From assembly GCA_025786725.1 (NCBI GenBank), contig JAHLTZ010000001.1:806001-870000 (forward strand): DNA of 64,000 nt, in the 5' to 3' direction. Origin of the DNA: Syncephalis fuscata S228. Taxonomy: Eukaryota; Fungi; Zoopagomycota. The translations under genes were made by a program, and so were the position numbers. Positions within the stretch are counted from its first letter, which is position 1; the number at the start of each line of letters is the position of its first letter. This document shows, piece after piece, positions 1 through 11,674 of this stretch. A model generated the notes under the pieces. It ran no database searches. It saw only the letters and a list, made by a program, of their open reading frames with translations, and had not been told where the DNA came from.

Positions 1-147
1 GCGATAATCCAAGCTTAGGATTACAACTGGCGGGAGGCATGCTCTTTATCGCTGCTTACTTAGCCATTCGATTACCTTTTGCTATTCATGTCAAAAAAGA
101 ATAAAACTATTAGATATCATTAAACGTTTATTTCAATGCTGTGCCTT

Positions 148-1833
148 CTAAATCTTTACAAGCCATTGATGAGTCAATTTTTGTCTGACGAGAATAATAG
201 CCATAGTGGCACCGCAAACAATCATGACGCCTGTATAAACAATTAGTGGCATATAGCCATGTTCGCTTTTAGTAGCATCAAGTATAGCACCGGCAATGGG
301 CGATCCAATCAAATTACTAACACCAGTTGATGCATAAATCATACCGGTAACCGTAGTGAGACCGTCCATACCTATAACAAAACATAATAAATCTATATAA
401 ATATTTGTCTGGTATAAGCACTGGTGGACACTTACCGAATGCTACAGTAATAACCACTGGTGTTAATGCAGCAAATCCGCCCATAAATAATCCATACAGT
501 AGTGAGAATATTACCAAGGGTGCCATGCCGGTCGAAGGTAACCAAACTACTAAACAAACTATACCAGCAAGCATGACACTGCCGACATACGTGTTGATTC
601 GACCCACGTAATCAGATGCTAATCCTAGTGTGATACGACCCACGGCTGATGCACCATTCATAATGCCTATTAGTACAGCGCCATCCGTTTTTGTAAGGTC
701 AGCCGATGTTGCATAGGCTAAATAGATATTTAGTATACTATTGTTATAAGCCATATCCACTTACAAGGAATATAGTAGAATGGTACTAGATATCCCAAAC
801 TACAAAACATGTTAGTAATCCATAACCCAAAAAATGCTGGATTCTTAATTCGTTCCCAGAACCATTGACGTGATCCAATAGCTGGCGCAGTCGTTTCTTT
901 TGTATTATCATTATTATCATTTACTATTGCTTGTTCACTGTTTACGTTAATAATATGTTCCGACTTTTCTTTAATACTATGACCGTTGGAACCTATTGAT
1001 GAAGTAATATCTGCTACAATGCCTTCATTCTTATTATCCATATTATCATTTTTACTATTAATTGTTTCTTTATATTCCTTTACTTCTACTTTTGCTTCTT
1101 CCATTGGAGGCTGTGGTCTGTGGCGGGCAGACGTATAAGCAGAATGGCAATCAACATAGCTACTAATATCCATGCAGCTAGACAGCGCAGTGTCCATGCA
1201 ACACCGATGGTATCAATAAGTTTACGTGTTATCGGTGCCATGGCCATACCGCCTAATCCAGAGCCTGAAACAGCAATACCTGTAGCAAATCCACGTCGCT
1301 TATCAAACCATCTTGGTGGCGTGGCTACAACTGGATAAAAGGCGAATGAAGTACCCAGACCAAACATCAAGCCTTGTGTTAGATAAAGATGCCAGATCTA
1401 TACAACGTATTCAAGTAGTCAGTAATTATTAGTATTAAGGAACATTGATTTACCTCGGTGGCCCATGATGCCAACAGTAGTCCCAAACACATCAACACGG
1501 TACCGATAAGCATAGCTATACGATAGCCTAACCAGTCGCCCAATCGTCCAGTTAATACGCCAAATAATCCAAGGGAAGCATAGGATACGGAGCCGACAAA
1601 TGTTATGCCAGTAGTTGTAGCTCGGCCACGGTACATCTCGGTATATTGCTGTTGGAACACGCCATAGGTATATTGCACACCATACATTGCAAATAGAGCG
1701 AGAAATGACGCAAATACCACGACCCAGCCGTATAGTTGTCACGGCTTATAAATAGGGATTTACGCGACACATGATCTGTCGACTGAGTAGCAACAGTAGC
1801 TTTATTAGTCTTCGTTAAAGGCGGCGAGGTCAT
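148..1833 (-). CDS. MFS monocarboxylate transporter (MCT/Mch family), multi-exon
   Basis: Exons give YGWVVVFASFL, GRLGDWLGYR, RWFDKRRGFATGIAVSGSGLGG, GRITLGLASDYVGRIN and LIGSPIAGAIL, typical MCT motifs. GT-AG introns. Two apparent 1-nt frameshifts (~1125 and ~1736). Confidence 0.9.
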
Positions 1834-2090
1834 AATGCAATAATACGCTAGCAATGCCAGCTAAACAGCTTGTTGGTAAATTATCAGATAAAAAGTAAAA
1901 TGTTGGGGTCAAAATAAATTAGTTTCAATCCCTTAAAATACTGAGTAATGTCATACAAATGGTTTACTTTATTGATAAGCATCGATTGGATTTATTTAAT
2001 ATAGTAATATTCGGTATTCATTAAAATTGATATGATTGATGTTATTTATTATATTGGATATTTTAATGCAATCAATGATATATATATATA

Positions 2091-3581
2091 TTAGCGTATA
2101 TCTTCAATATCGAGTGAAGTCGATGCCGCGTTGAGTGCTCGTAGTTGCCATGGCTCCAAGTGAGAACGGGCTGTAAATGATGTACGTGCTTTTTTAAACT
2201 TTTCTCCTTCATTATTAACTGCACACTCATATGCTGTCTATATGAATCAGTTAGGTTATTGATCCGTCATTAGTGTGACTATCATTAATCACTTACCTGT
2301 AAAAATTGCCCCTGATGTGATGACTCGAATGAAGGTAACATATCGATGGATTTGCATTATGCCCATCAAGACGGCCCCATGCACCGAGTGCCATCCAACA
2401 AAGACCGCCATTAAACAAGTGTTGTGGAATGAGCAGCTGATCCGAAGGTCGATGGCGCATTTCATCAAGTGCTGCGTCGAAAGCATGTACTGAATGTAAA
2501 TAGTGACCATATCGTGCAGCTGTTTCTGCTTCATGAATGCGTGTATAACAATGCCGTCTAATTTGATATTAATAAACCATTAGTTATTTGGCTAATTAGA
2601 CGCATTAATAACTTACCCGTCGCCTGCTCGTTCATAAAGATCGGCTGCACGTCGATAGAGCTGTGCTGCACGTAGACCAGTAGCACTAGGCCCGGTCTTT
2701 TGTTCTTCTTCTTCGCGAGAAATACGTCCTATTTCAGCTTCAGCCAGTTTACAAAGTAGACCAGCTGCACGCGATTCACCTGTAGTGCCACAAAGCATAA
2801 ATAACTCAATGGCACGCTCAAGACAAGCAATTGCTTTTCCATCTAAATTTAATTCGTACATATTCATAAATAAATAGCAAATACGTAATACATTTTCGAT
2901 ACATACCATGTCGACGTCCATTGGCGGCTTGTACATGGCATTTATATGCCTCTTCAAAACAAACAGCCGCTTCATACGCAGCCAAATCATCACCGCCACC
3001 AGTCTTAGACCCGAAGCTGATGCTGCAAATGCTTCGCCAGCAGTAATGTATGCTTTGGCTGCCTGTGAAACTGCCTCATTGTTAATTAATTATCATTACA
3101 AAGCTGGCCATCGATTCAAGTAGCCATGGATGCAACACTTACAATTGCGTTTACCTTTCGCGCTAGTTGCACTCTCCTTAAGTTCTTCTGCTTTATCTAA
3201 TGCATCTGAATTTGCCGCCGCACCAGCTGAACTGCCTGTTGACAACATGCTGCCTTTAACGCGTGTTTCATTGATAGGCCACCAACGTCCAAGCCAACCA
3301 AGGTAGACGGCTTCGGAGCCATTGGCATAGTGCACCGTTGCTATAGCGCATACTTGGTAGTTCTCGTAGACAATGTCGGGCATAGGGGTGGCTGCAGTGG
3401 CCAGTCGTCTCAAAAAGCGTCCGACATTCGCGGCTGTTGACGCTGTTGTTGTAGAAGCCGTGCCATCTGGAGAGCGATCTTTACCTATACTTGTGAGATG
3501 GTTGCGAAAGTGTTCAAATGTAGGCGTGGTCTGTTTGGAATAGTACAACAGTAGTCCCAGTAGGAACAGTAATGGAAACAT
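2091..3581 (-). CDS. alpha-SNAP-like TPR protein with N-terminal hydrophobic anchor and an extra N-terminal domain
   Basis: Starts MFPLLFLLGLLLYYS. Later exons give SNAP-like helices (FSQAAKAYITAGEAF, YEAAVCFEEAYKC, AIACLERAIELF, AAQLYRRAADLYE, LPSFESSHQGQFL, FTARSHLEPWQLRAL). Stop TAA at 2091-2093. Needs two 1-nt frame corrections (~2352, ~3011). Confidence 0.65.
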
Positions 3582-4028
3582 GGTGACGATGAAGTTGAGG
3601 AGTGGAGCGGAAGCAGTCCAATAGAAAGACGAGTCAGTAGTTTATATGGACAGCTGACAAGCAGCCATGCTTTGTGTCCAAGCCTATTATTGCTACTTCT
3701 ATCGCCAACGGTGCCATGACCATATGAGCACAATAATGCAATAGTCTATAAACTGCTTCAAAATTGAAGACATAACAATAGCGTGTAAATAAATAGATTT
3801 ACAGATAGATAGATGTTAGTATATTTATTAATGTTTATTATTGTAAATAGTGTTGGTATAAAGAATAGTAACTAATATTAATGATGGTGATTTTATAGTC
3901 AATAATAATGTAATAGTAATAATGTAATAATAATGGGAAAACTGACATTCACGATCATCAATGGTGTGGATCAGCAAGACGACTAATAGTTCCTCCTCTT
4001 CCACACACACCTATTTGGAATCGTCGCC

Positions 4029-4956
4029 ATGGTGGGTATATAACTATGAAGATGAATACACATCCACGCCGGTACTGCCTGCTTCATGCCATCTACTATG
4101 CTAGATGTATATACAAATAAATGGATGGATGGATGGATAGATGGATAGGAGAGTGAAAGGATGGATGGATGGATAAATTGTAGCAAAGACTCTGTAACCA
4201 ATCTAGTAGCAGCCAGTTTCATTGGTATAGAATACGTTTGTAGAGTAAAATAGACATGTTAGTAGGCATGAAGCAGTGCAGTTTATAGGCAATAGTGGAA
4301 TAGTAGAAGCGACTTTAAACACACACATATATTGAATCTATTTATTTATCAATCTATCTATTGTATTACAGGTCAACATCCCAAAGACCCGCAACACCTA
4401 CTGCAAGGGTAAGGAGTGCAAAAAGCACACCCCCCACAAGGTGACCCAGTACAAGGCGGGCAAGAGAGCCGATGGCGCTCTTGGTAAGTAATGGGCATAT
4501 ACATATATATATATGTATATATATGCGTGGATATATGCAATGGCAAATGGTCAACGTGTATAATAGTTTGCATAAATACAATACACATGCTGTCGACCAT
4601 TCATGCTACGCGATATAAGTGATTAAAACTAATCATCGGTTTGACTATTAATAGGTGAACGTCGTTATCGTCGCAAGCAAAGCGGTTTCGGTGGTCAAAC
4701 TAAGCCAGTTTTCCACAAGAAGGCCAAGACCACCAAGAAGGTCGTCCTCCGTCTTGAATGCACTGCATGCAAATACAAGCACCAGTTGACTTTGAAGCGT
4801 TGCAAGCACTTCGAACTTGGTGGTGACAAGAAGACCAAGGTGAGTAGCATCCAATATATGCTTAAATGGTGTAATTAGATGATAGCCATAACTAATATAT
4901 ATATGTATTTTATCTGCGTGTTACTACGCATATAGGGTGCCGCTCTTGTTTTCTAA
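4029..4956 (+). CDS. RPL42: 60S ribosomal protein eL42 (L44/L36a), 4 coding exons
   Basis: ATG 4029-4031 followed by a GTGGGT donor. Exons 4372-4483, 4655-4839 and 4936-4956 give [32 protein letters not shown]...[30 protein letters not shown]...[19 protein letters not shown]. Not in the ORF track. Confidence 0.97.
4120..4175. repeat. (GGAT)n imperfect microsatellite in eL42 intron 1
   Basis: atggatggatggatggatagatggatagga...ggatggatggatggata. Confidence 0.85.
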
Positions 4957-6200
4957 GCTGTCAACTATTCAGCTTTTGTGCGCACATTCCTTTCTATTTG
5001 CACGGTGTAGTCATGGCGTCACATGCGTACAGATAGTGATGACTGCGTGTTGAAATAAATTAGCTTCACCATAATACATTTATTATGCAAGCAACAAAAT
5101 TTAACTATGGCTATTATTACTTTGTTGTGTTGTAATTGTTATAGCAATATTATTAAGGGATTGTTAAAAATACACCAAATTAAGAAAATATACCACAATG
5201 TCTACCAAACTATTTAAATGAGCTATATTTACCAGTATCAAAAAACTGAGAATTGCCGCTGATGAGTTTAAACTTGTTGGTAATTGCAAATGATGCAACA
5301 TTGACCAAGTAATCAAAGGAGGAAAAAATAGGTAGTAGCTTAGTTAAACGTTTTAATATCAATTTAATAAAAAATTATTACTATTATTAAATGACTTCAA
5401 CTTTAACAATAGCTCAAATTAGCTTATTTATAGCAAAGATTGTAATTGTATAGATTCTGATATAAACTAAAATGAACTAAATTATAAAAAGGCATTATTA
5501 TTTAATTAATAGTGTTATGTATTTATAATAATGCTGAATAATAAAAGTTACAAAGCTAAAAATCCCTGATGGAAAAAGCGTTAATTACAATAAACGCAAC
5601 AAATCTTAATTTAAAGCTTTACTAATTTACGTAATTTAGTTAATTGTAGTAATATTAATAGTAATAAAAATTGTGTTTTATTTGTTAAAAAACTTTTAAC
5701 AATATACTCGTGATAAATGCAACTAAAAAATACAATACAACAATATGATATGTAAAAATTAGCACTAAAATGTTGAAATAGTGGTTAATGCTGGAATAAA
5801 CGTTTTTATTGAAAAATAAATAAAGACTACTAATGAAGCAGCTATCAAAAAAAGTGTTATTAAATAGTGTTTAGTCTACAATGAATGTAATTACAAAAGA
5901 CGAGGTACGATATAAACAAAGAATGATTTAATTAATAAATTATTAAATAATATATTAAATAAAATAAAAAACAGTCTATAAAATTTCTTTTATTATTATA
6001 GAAAATAATTAATAATAAAAAATAAAATAAAGAGTATTATTAATGCAATGTACCACTAAATACAATATAAATGTAAATAGCTCCAAGTTATTTTAATTAA
6101 TTAAAAGTTTAGCACAAAAATCAGTAATGTAAGGAAGTAAAAAATGGACATAGAGTTATTGTGAACACGTAATGGATTCGTAATAAAAACAGTTAACAAA

Positions 6201-7556
6201 TTACTTTCGAGTTTCGATGGAGTCTAGAGTGGGTGCTTCTAGAACGGTAGCTTGATTTTCAAGGCTATTTGTTGGTTTCATGATTTGGTCGTAGTTGTAC
6301 TCGCCCATTTGAGTGACATCTAAGCCAAGTGCTTCCTCTTCTTCGTCGACGCGTAACCGAAGAGCGGGTATTTTGTTCATAATAAACAAAATGATAAAAG
6401 TAATGCCAAATGCCCAGGAGGCACCGGCAGCACTAGCAGCCATTTGAATAGGCAATTGAATCCAATTTCCATTAATCCAGCCTCCTTCAATAACGGCACC
6501 GTCCAGCTGAGCAATGCTAGCGTCGGTAAAGATGCCTGTAAGCAGATTGCCAACCAGACCACCAACACCGTGTACACTAAATACGTCAAGTGCATCGTCG
6601 TATCCAAGGCGGTGTTTAAGGTCACCGGCAAAATGGCAAACACAACCGGCGATAATGCCAAATACTAGTGCAGCCCATGGCTGGACAAATCCCGATGCTG
6701 GTGTAATGGCTACAAGGCCAGCTACTGCACCACTGCAAAAGTGGAAACTACTTAGCTTGCGTTCATGACGGTAAGCAAGTAGCAGCCAGGTAAGACCGGC
6801 AGCTGCAGCGGCAACGTTTGTGACAATAGCTGCCATACCAGCACGGCCGTTTGCGGCGACAGCACTACCAGGATTAAATCCGAGCCAGCCAAACCATAGT
6901 AGAGCAGTACCAAGCATAACATTGGCGTAGTTGTGCGGCTTGAAATCCTCTTTGCCAAAGCCATGACGACGACCGACCACAAGAGCGTAGGCAAGTGCAG
7001 CAAATCCACTGCTCATGTGCACAGGAGTACCGCCAGCGTAGTCCAGGCTGCCCAGTGTGCGTAGCCAGCCATTAGGTGCCCAGGTCCAGTAGGCGATTGG
7101 ATTATAGACCACTGTAGACCAAATGAATAAAAATACAATGGCCGGCAAAATACGAGATCGTTCGGCAGCCGCGCCAAATGCCAAAGCCGGTGTGAGTGCG
7201 GCAAACATACTCTGGTAGGTGCAGTAGACGGTGCCGGACACAGTGGGCGCGTTAGGATGAGGTGTATCGCCAACATTCATAAGAAAAGCTTGTTTAAGAT
7301 TGCCGATAAAGACGCTGCCGTCCTTGGCCAGTGTAAGAGAGTAGCCCCAGATGAACCACTCGAGTCCGACGACAGCCAAGCTAAGCATGCTAAGGAAGAT
7401 TAAAGAAAGGGCGTTCTTGCTACGCGCCATACCGCTGTAGAAGTAGCCAACGCCGGGAATCATGATAAAAACCAAAGCGGTCGAAGTGAGTACCCAAGCT
7501 TGGTCGCCATTATTAAGCGGCATTGCTGCCGCTTCTTCGCGTCGAATTAAATGCAT
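6201..7556 (-). CDS. Ammonium transporter (Amt/Mep family), intronless
   Basis: 451-aa ORF with DYAGGTPVH, WFGWLGFNPGS, GLVAITPASG and DDALDVFSVHGVGG; both conserved pore histidines present. Confidence 0.97.
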   Translation of the reverse strand: MHLIRREEAAAMPLNNGDQAWVLTSTALVFIMIPGVGYFYSGMARSKNALSLIFLSMLSLAVVGLEWFIWGYSLTLAKDGSVFIGNLKQAFLMNVGDTPHPNAPTVSGTVYCTYQSMFAALTPALAFGAAAERSRILPAIVFLFIWSTVVYNPIAYWTWAPNGWLRTLGSLDYAGGTPVHMSSGFAALAYALVVGRRHGFGKEDFKPHNYANVMLGTALLWFGWLGFNPGSAVAANGRAGMAAIVTNVAAAAAGLTWLLLAYRHERKLSSFHFCSGAVAGLVAITPASGFVQPWAALVFGIIAGCVCHFAGDLKHRLGYDDALDVFSVHGVGGLVGNLLTGIFTDASIAQLDGAVIEGGWINGNWIQLPIQMAASAAGASWAFGITFIILFIMNKIPALRLRVDEEEEALGLDVTQMGEYNYDQIMKPTNSLENQATVLEAPTLDSIETRK

Positions 7557-7659
7557 GATAGAAAAGAAGAAAGAAAATTGAAATACAACGTAAAGTTACA
7601 ATATCGCCGTAATAATTTCAAATGATTTGCGTGCCAGGCGTAACGTCAGCGCGTAGATT

Positions 7660-8296
7660 GATAAGATTGAAAGCAAAAAAAGATAAAATAAACAATAAAC
7701 GTTGATAATCGGCTTAGTGAAAGCGTGGCTTGTTGTGTAATACTGGATTGGTTCGTTGACCATTGTTCTCCTATATATATAGACATTTGTCCAAATAGAC
7801 CTCGGAAGCAACTTGGCGATGACAATAGACGTGTCAGGGCGTTGGCGCGTACATAAGTTGCAATGCCGTATGATAGGTAATATACGGCGATTTGATAGCC
7901 AATAAATCTGGACTGCGCTATGGAGATGTTACGCCAAAAATGGAATGCTGTCTGTTTGACTGGGTGGTATTACCATAAACAAGAGCACATATTGCTTGCT
8001 CGTCTTTCAGTGGTAAGAGTGCGATAGAAAATATTCATATGCAACCACAGGCAGTGGATTCGGATAAGCGTGTGATTGGATGGATTAACACGCGCGGATT
8101 TCCAATAGAAAAGTCTTTGATGGCGAGCTGCTAAAGCTCTACGTATTTGGCATACGTGAGTCCGCTGAATAAAAGCGGAGCTGCACATATAAGCAATTGT
8201 TTATAGGTACAGCACATAGCCTATTGACACTCCTTTTAATTATAGAATATGCAGCTAGAATTGGCATTATCGACCTTGAGTGTTCCAGGAGATAAG
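7660..8296. promoter_or_regulatory. Cluster of GATA elements upstream of the Amt/Mep gene (putative nitrogen-regulation sites)
   Basis: GATAAG at 7660, 8063 and 8291, plus GATAAA 7682, GATAAT 7704 and GATAG at 7872, 7894 and 8023, all co-oriented. AreA/Gln3-type factors regulate Mep genes in other fungi. Confidence 0.5.
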
Positions 8297-9531
8297 AACA
8301 CAAAAAATATTTAGCTTCACGTGCACCCGTGTGGATACGAGAATTTAGAATGGTCGTACTGGAAAACTTCAAACATGGCTATTTTCTAACAAAAAAAGGC
8401 AAAAGTGTATCACATGTGTGCACTTGAAATAAGTGTTTTAAAAGCTGGAAAGCTGGCAATATTTAATTGGTGTTACTGAAACTATTAGGTATAATAGTTT
8501 ATATACAGCATTAATAGCTAAATACTATTGCGCAGTTATTTATGTATTTTATGCTAACAATCCATTGTATACCATTTATATAATATCAAGTTGTAACTAT
8601 ATTACTTTATTAGCTTAAATGTGCCGTATCATAGTTGTGAATCAATAATTGAGCAGTAGGTTGCGCTTAGGCAGAATATCAAGGCCTATCGAAAAATGCA
8701 CACATAAAATAATTGAATTCAATCCAACCCATGGAATAAAGGCTCCGCAATTATCATAAATAAATAAGCTAAAAAATTAAAAGTTTATAGTTACGCAGAA
8801 TGACATACAAAATAATTAAATTACTAAACAAGTATAGTTTTGAGCACATATTAAAACAAAAATATTATTAATATAAAAAAGTGAATGATCATACTATTAC
8901 AAATCTAGTTAAAGAAGTTGCAAATTAAATGGTCAAGTAGCACCTTATCCCGACATTACTTTGTATATACTAACAAAAAACAATGCAATGGTATTGCATT
9001 GTATGATGGCCAATGGATAAACACTATTTTTTAGCTGAAAGCTATAATTCCAAAAGTTTTGTTTATTAATAATACATGTTAGAATGTAGAGTATGCGTAT
9101 GGTGATTATATGATATCACTTATTATTTATTTTGTTGACGTGTGTTAGACGCAATGTTTTTTTAAAATTATTATTTAAATTAAAGTATAGCAGCATGAAT
9201 ACGGACAGCAATATTAATATGTTACTAAGTAAGAAGAAAGAGAAAGAAAAATGTAGTGATGTAGATTGTCAAATGTTCAATAAATATAAGCAAATTTATA
9301 ATACTGATGTTATTTGACACCAACACTACCCATTAGCATAGAACATATTTTTAGTATTAATCAGTATATCAAAAGCTTAAATACATATAATAAAACAATT
9401 AAAAGTAGTCCAATAATGGACTAAAGAATAAAAGTTAATCGACCCAAAAGCATCTTTATTATAAAATAATTAAAGTGAAGCAATAAAAATGTATTATTAT
9501 TTTTTGTCATTTTTTTAATAAGCACAACAGT

Positions 9532-10852
9532 ATGAATAGCTTTCGTCAGTCATTCACGTACCATAGGTCAATTAATTGGTTTCCTGGCCATATGGCCAAA
9601 GGACTACGTCAAATCAAAGAACGACTGCAGCGTGAGGTAGACCTTGTGGTCGAGGTGCGCGACGCAAGAATATCCTTCGAATAATAATAAAAAACATGCT
9701 ATTATACTAAAAGTATTCCTTAACTCTGTAGTACATTCCGCTCTCGTCAACGAATCGTCAGTTTGAGACGCTTGCCCGTCGAAAACAACGGCTCATTGTC
9801 TACAACAAGGCTGACCTGGCGGACCCAGCAGCTGAAAAGGTAGGTATTTTACAGTGAGTGGGTGTAAACGACGTTGTTTGAGCGAATAGCCAGGCACCAT
9901 AACCAACCATTCAATTGCTTGTTGTAGCCAATTACAGAAGCATACAAAAAGTATCTTCGCCAGCCAGTACTATTTACGGATGCTAATGGCAATCGTAATA
10001 TTGATAGGCTGCTTCAATGTGCTTCAGGTATGTCTTAGAGTATGTTCGCGGCAAACTGTCAAAGCAAACGCGCTAATTATAGAAAATAGATGTGGCGCAG
10101 AACAATGCAGGACGTTTATCGCGTACAACTGTGCTGGTTGTAGGCATGCCTAATGTCGGCAAATCATCTATAATTAATGCGCTGCGACGGCTTGGATTAG
10201 GCCGCGGTAAGTAATTTTGCACATGCTACTAACGTGCGATCATTGTGCTGATAAGAAAATAGGCAAGGCTGCCGCAACAGGAGCACAGCCCGGAGTAACA
10301 AGGGCCGTAGTTGGAACAATCAAAGTGTCTGACAACCCAGATATCTATCTCATCGATTCTCCAGGTAATTAGCAGAGTGCTTAGACAACGACACACGGCT
10401 AACGTCAACTACTAGGTGTGATGATCCCGCATATTCCAGATCCAATCACATCGCTTAAGGTTGCAATTACCGGTGGGATCCGTGACCACTTGGCAGACGA
10501 AGAGATTATGGTTGATTATCTACTGTTTAGACTAAACCGAATGGGCAACACCTCGTAAGAAAGACAGCACTGGCTGATCCATTTCTACATTTAAACTGAC
10601 GGTCACGGCCATACCTTTGCAATTAGCTATACTGACCTATTTGGCTTGGATCGACCTACTGATAACGTGCAAGAGCTACTAGCTTGCACAGTGGCACGGA
10701 TTGGTGCTGTTCGAAAGGGCGGTGAAGCAGACAGTGCTGCTGCAGCCATGTACATTCTACGCAAATATCGTGAGGGCCGTCTTGGCCGTTTTACATTGGA
10801 TGGATTTGACGAGGCAACTTTAAAAGAATATTTTCATTACAATGCCAAATAA
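9532..10852 (+). CDS. MTG1: Mitochondrial ribosome-associated circularly permuted GTPase (RbgA/YlqF family)
   Basis: INWFPGHMAKG, VVEVRDAR/IPLSS, YNKADL (G4), VGMPNVGKSS (G1), PGVTR (G2), LIDSPG (G3), YREGRLGRFTLD; multi-exon. Confidence 0.95.
9670..9734 (+). other. U12-type (minor spliceosome) AT-AC intron in MTG1
   Basis: 5' site ATATCCTT (9670-9677), branch point TTCCTTAAC (9716-9724), 3' end AC (9733-9734). Removal restores the conserved EVRDAR-IPLSS motif in frame. Confidence 0.95.
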
Positions 10853-11674
10853 AGCAATCCGTTTATAACTGTTGTACGCCAATTTAGTAGTATGTTAGCA
10901 CAAATGACAGCTTTATTATTGCACAGAGCGGATATCGACAGACTGAATCCCGGTGACCCTTCAAACACATGCCAGCACAACTATGTCATTGGTTGCACTG
11001 TCAGCTAACAAAAGAATTTCTCCTCTGACCCCGTATCATTAGCAATCAGAGCTATCGCTAACGAATGTAATTTCGAAGCAAAAGCAACAACTCGATATCA
11101 ACAGGTTTGGCTGTTTCATATGCGTGCACCCCTGTTATTGATAGTGAAATTGTTTACATCGTGCATCCACTTCTTTATGGCCTTAGCTTTTCGCCCACGT
11201 ATAGATACCAAGTGCAACTTCAAATGGCTGTCATCCATTAGCCGAGACAGAACTGGTTACTCGCCTTTCGTATGCTTCAATTCTACTTGCTTGTCCACGT
11301 GTTACATGCAAGAAGACTTGCCATTGGCTGCTTGGTGAACCTGCGTTTTTTCTTTTCCAATGTATTGCTGAGGACAAAGAGGCAACTGAGTTGCCGCATC
11401 GAGGTAAACGAATATCATATAAACCATGTCGTTTTTCAACGTCTTCAGTTCGGTGTTTACCTACCCCGCCACAACTTACTACAGCTACTTTACTATAGCC
11501 TTGTCGATCCGTTATTCCGTTCACTATTAGCGGCTTATTTTATCCTACGTAATTCTCCTATTAGGTATACTATATTATTATTTCCAACTTGTTGGTTATT
11601 ATTACACGCAATCGACTTGCGTAATTCTTGATTGATTCTCTCTATTCGACTACGAATACTATCATTAGTAAATT

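Noticed and set aside
1-60. GATAATCCAAGCTTAGGA, resembling the 3' end of a TPP riboswitch
   Set aside because: Too short, at the window edge, and the CUGAGA-containing core is not visible.
4032-4654. Possible snoRNAs in the relatively long eL42 introns
   Set aside because: No convincing C/D box pair or H/ACA double hairpin seen by eye; only a weak stem at ~4548-4600. Needs an Infernal/snoscan run.
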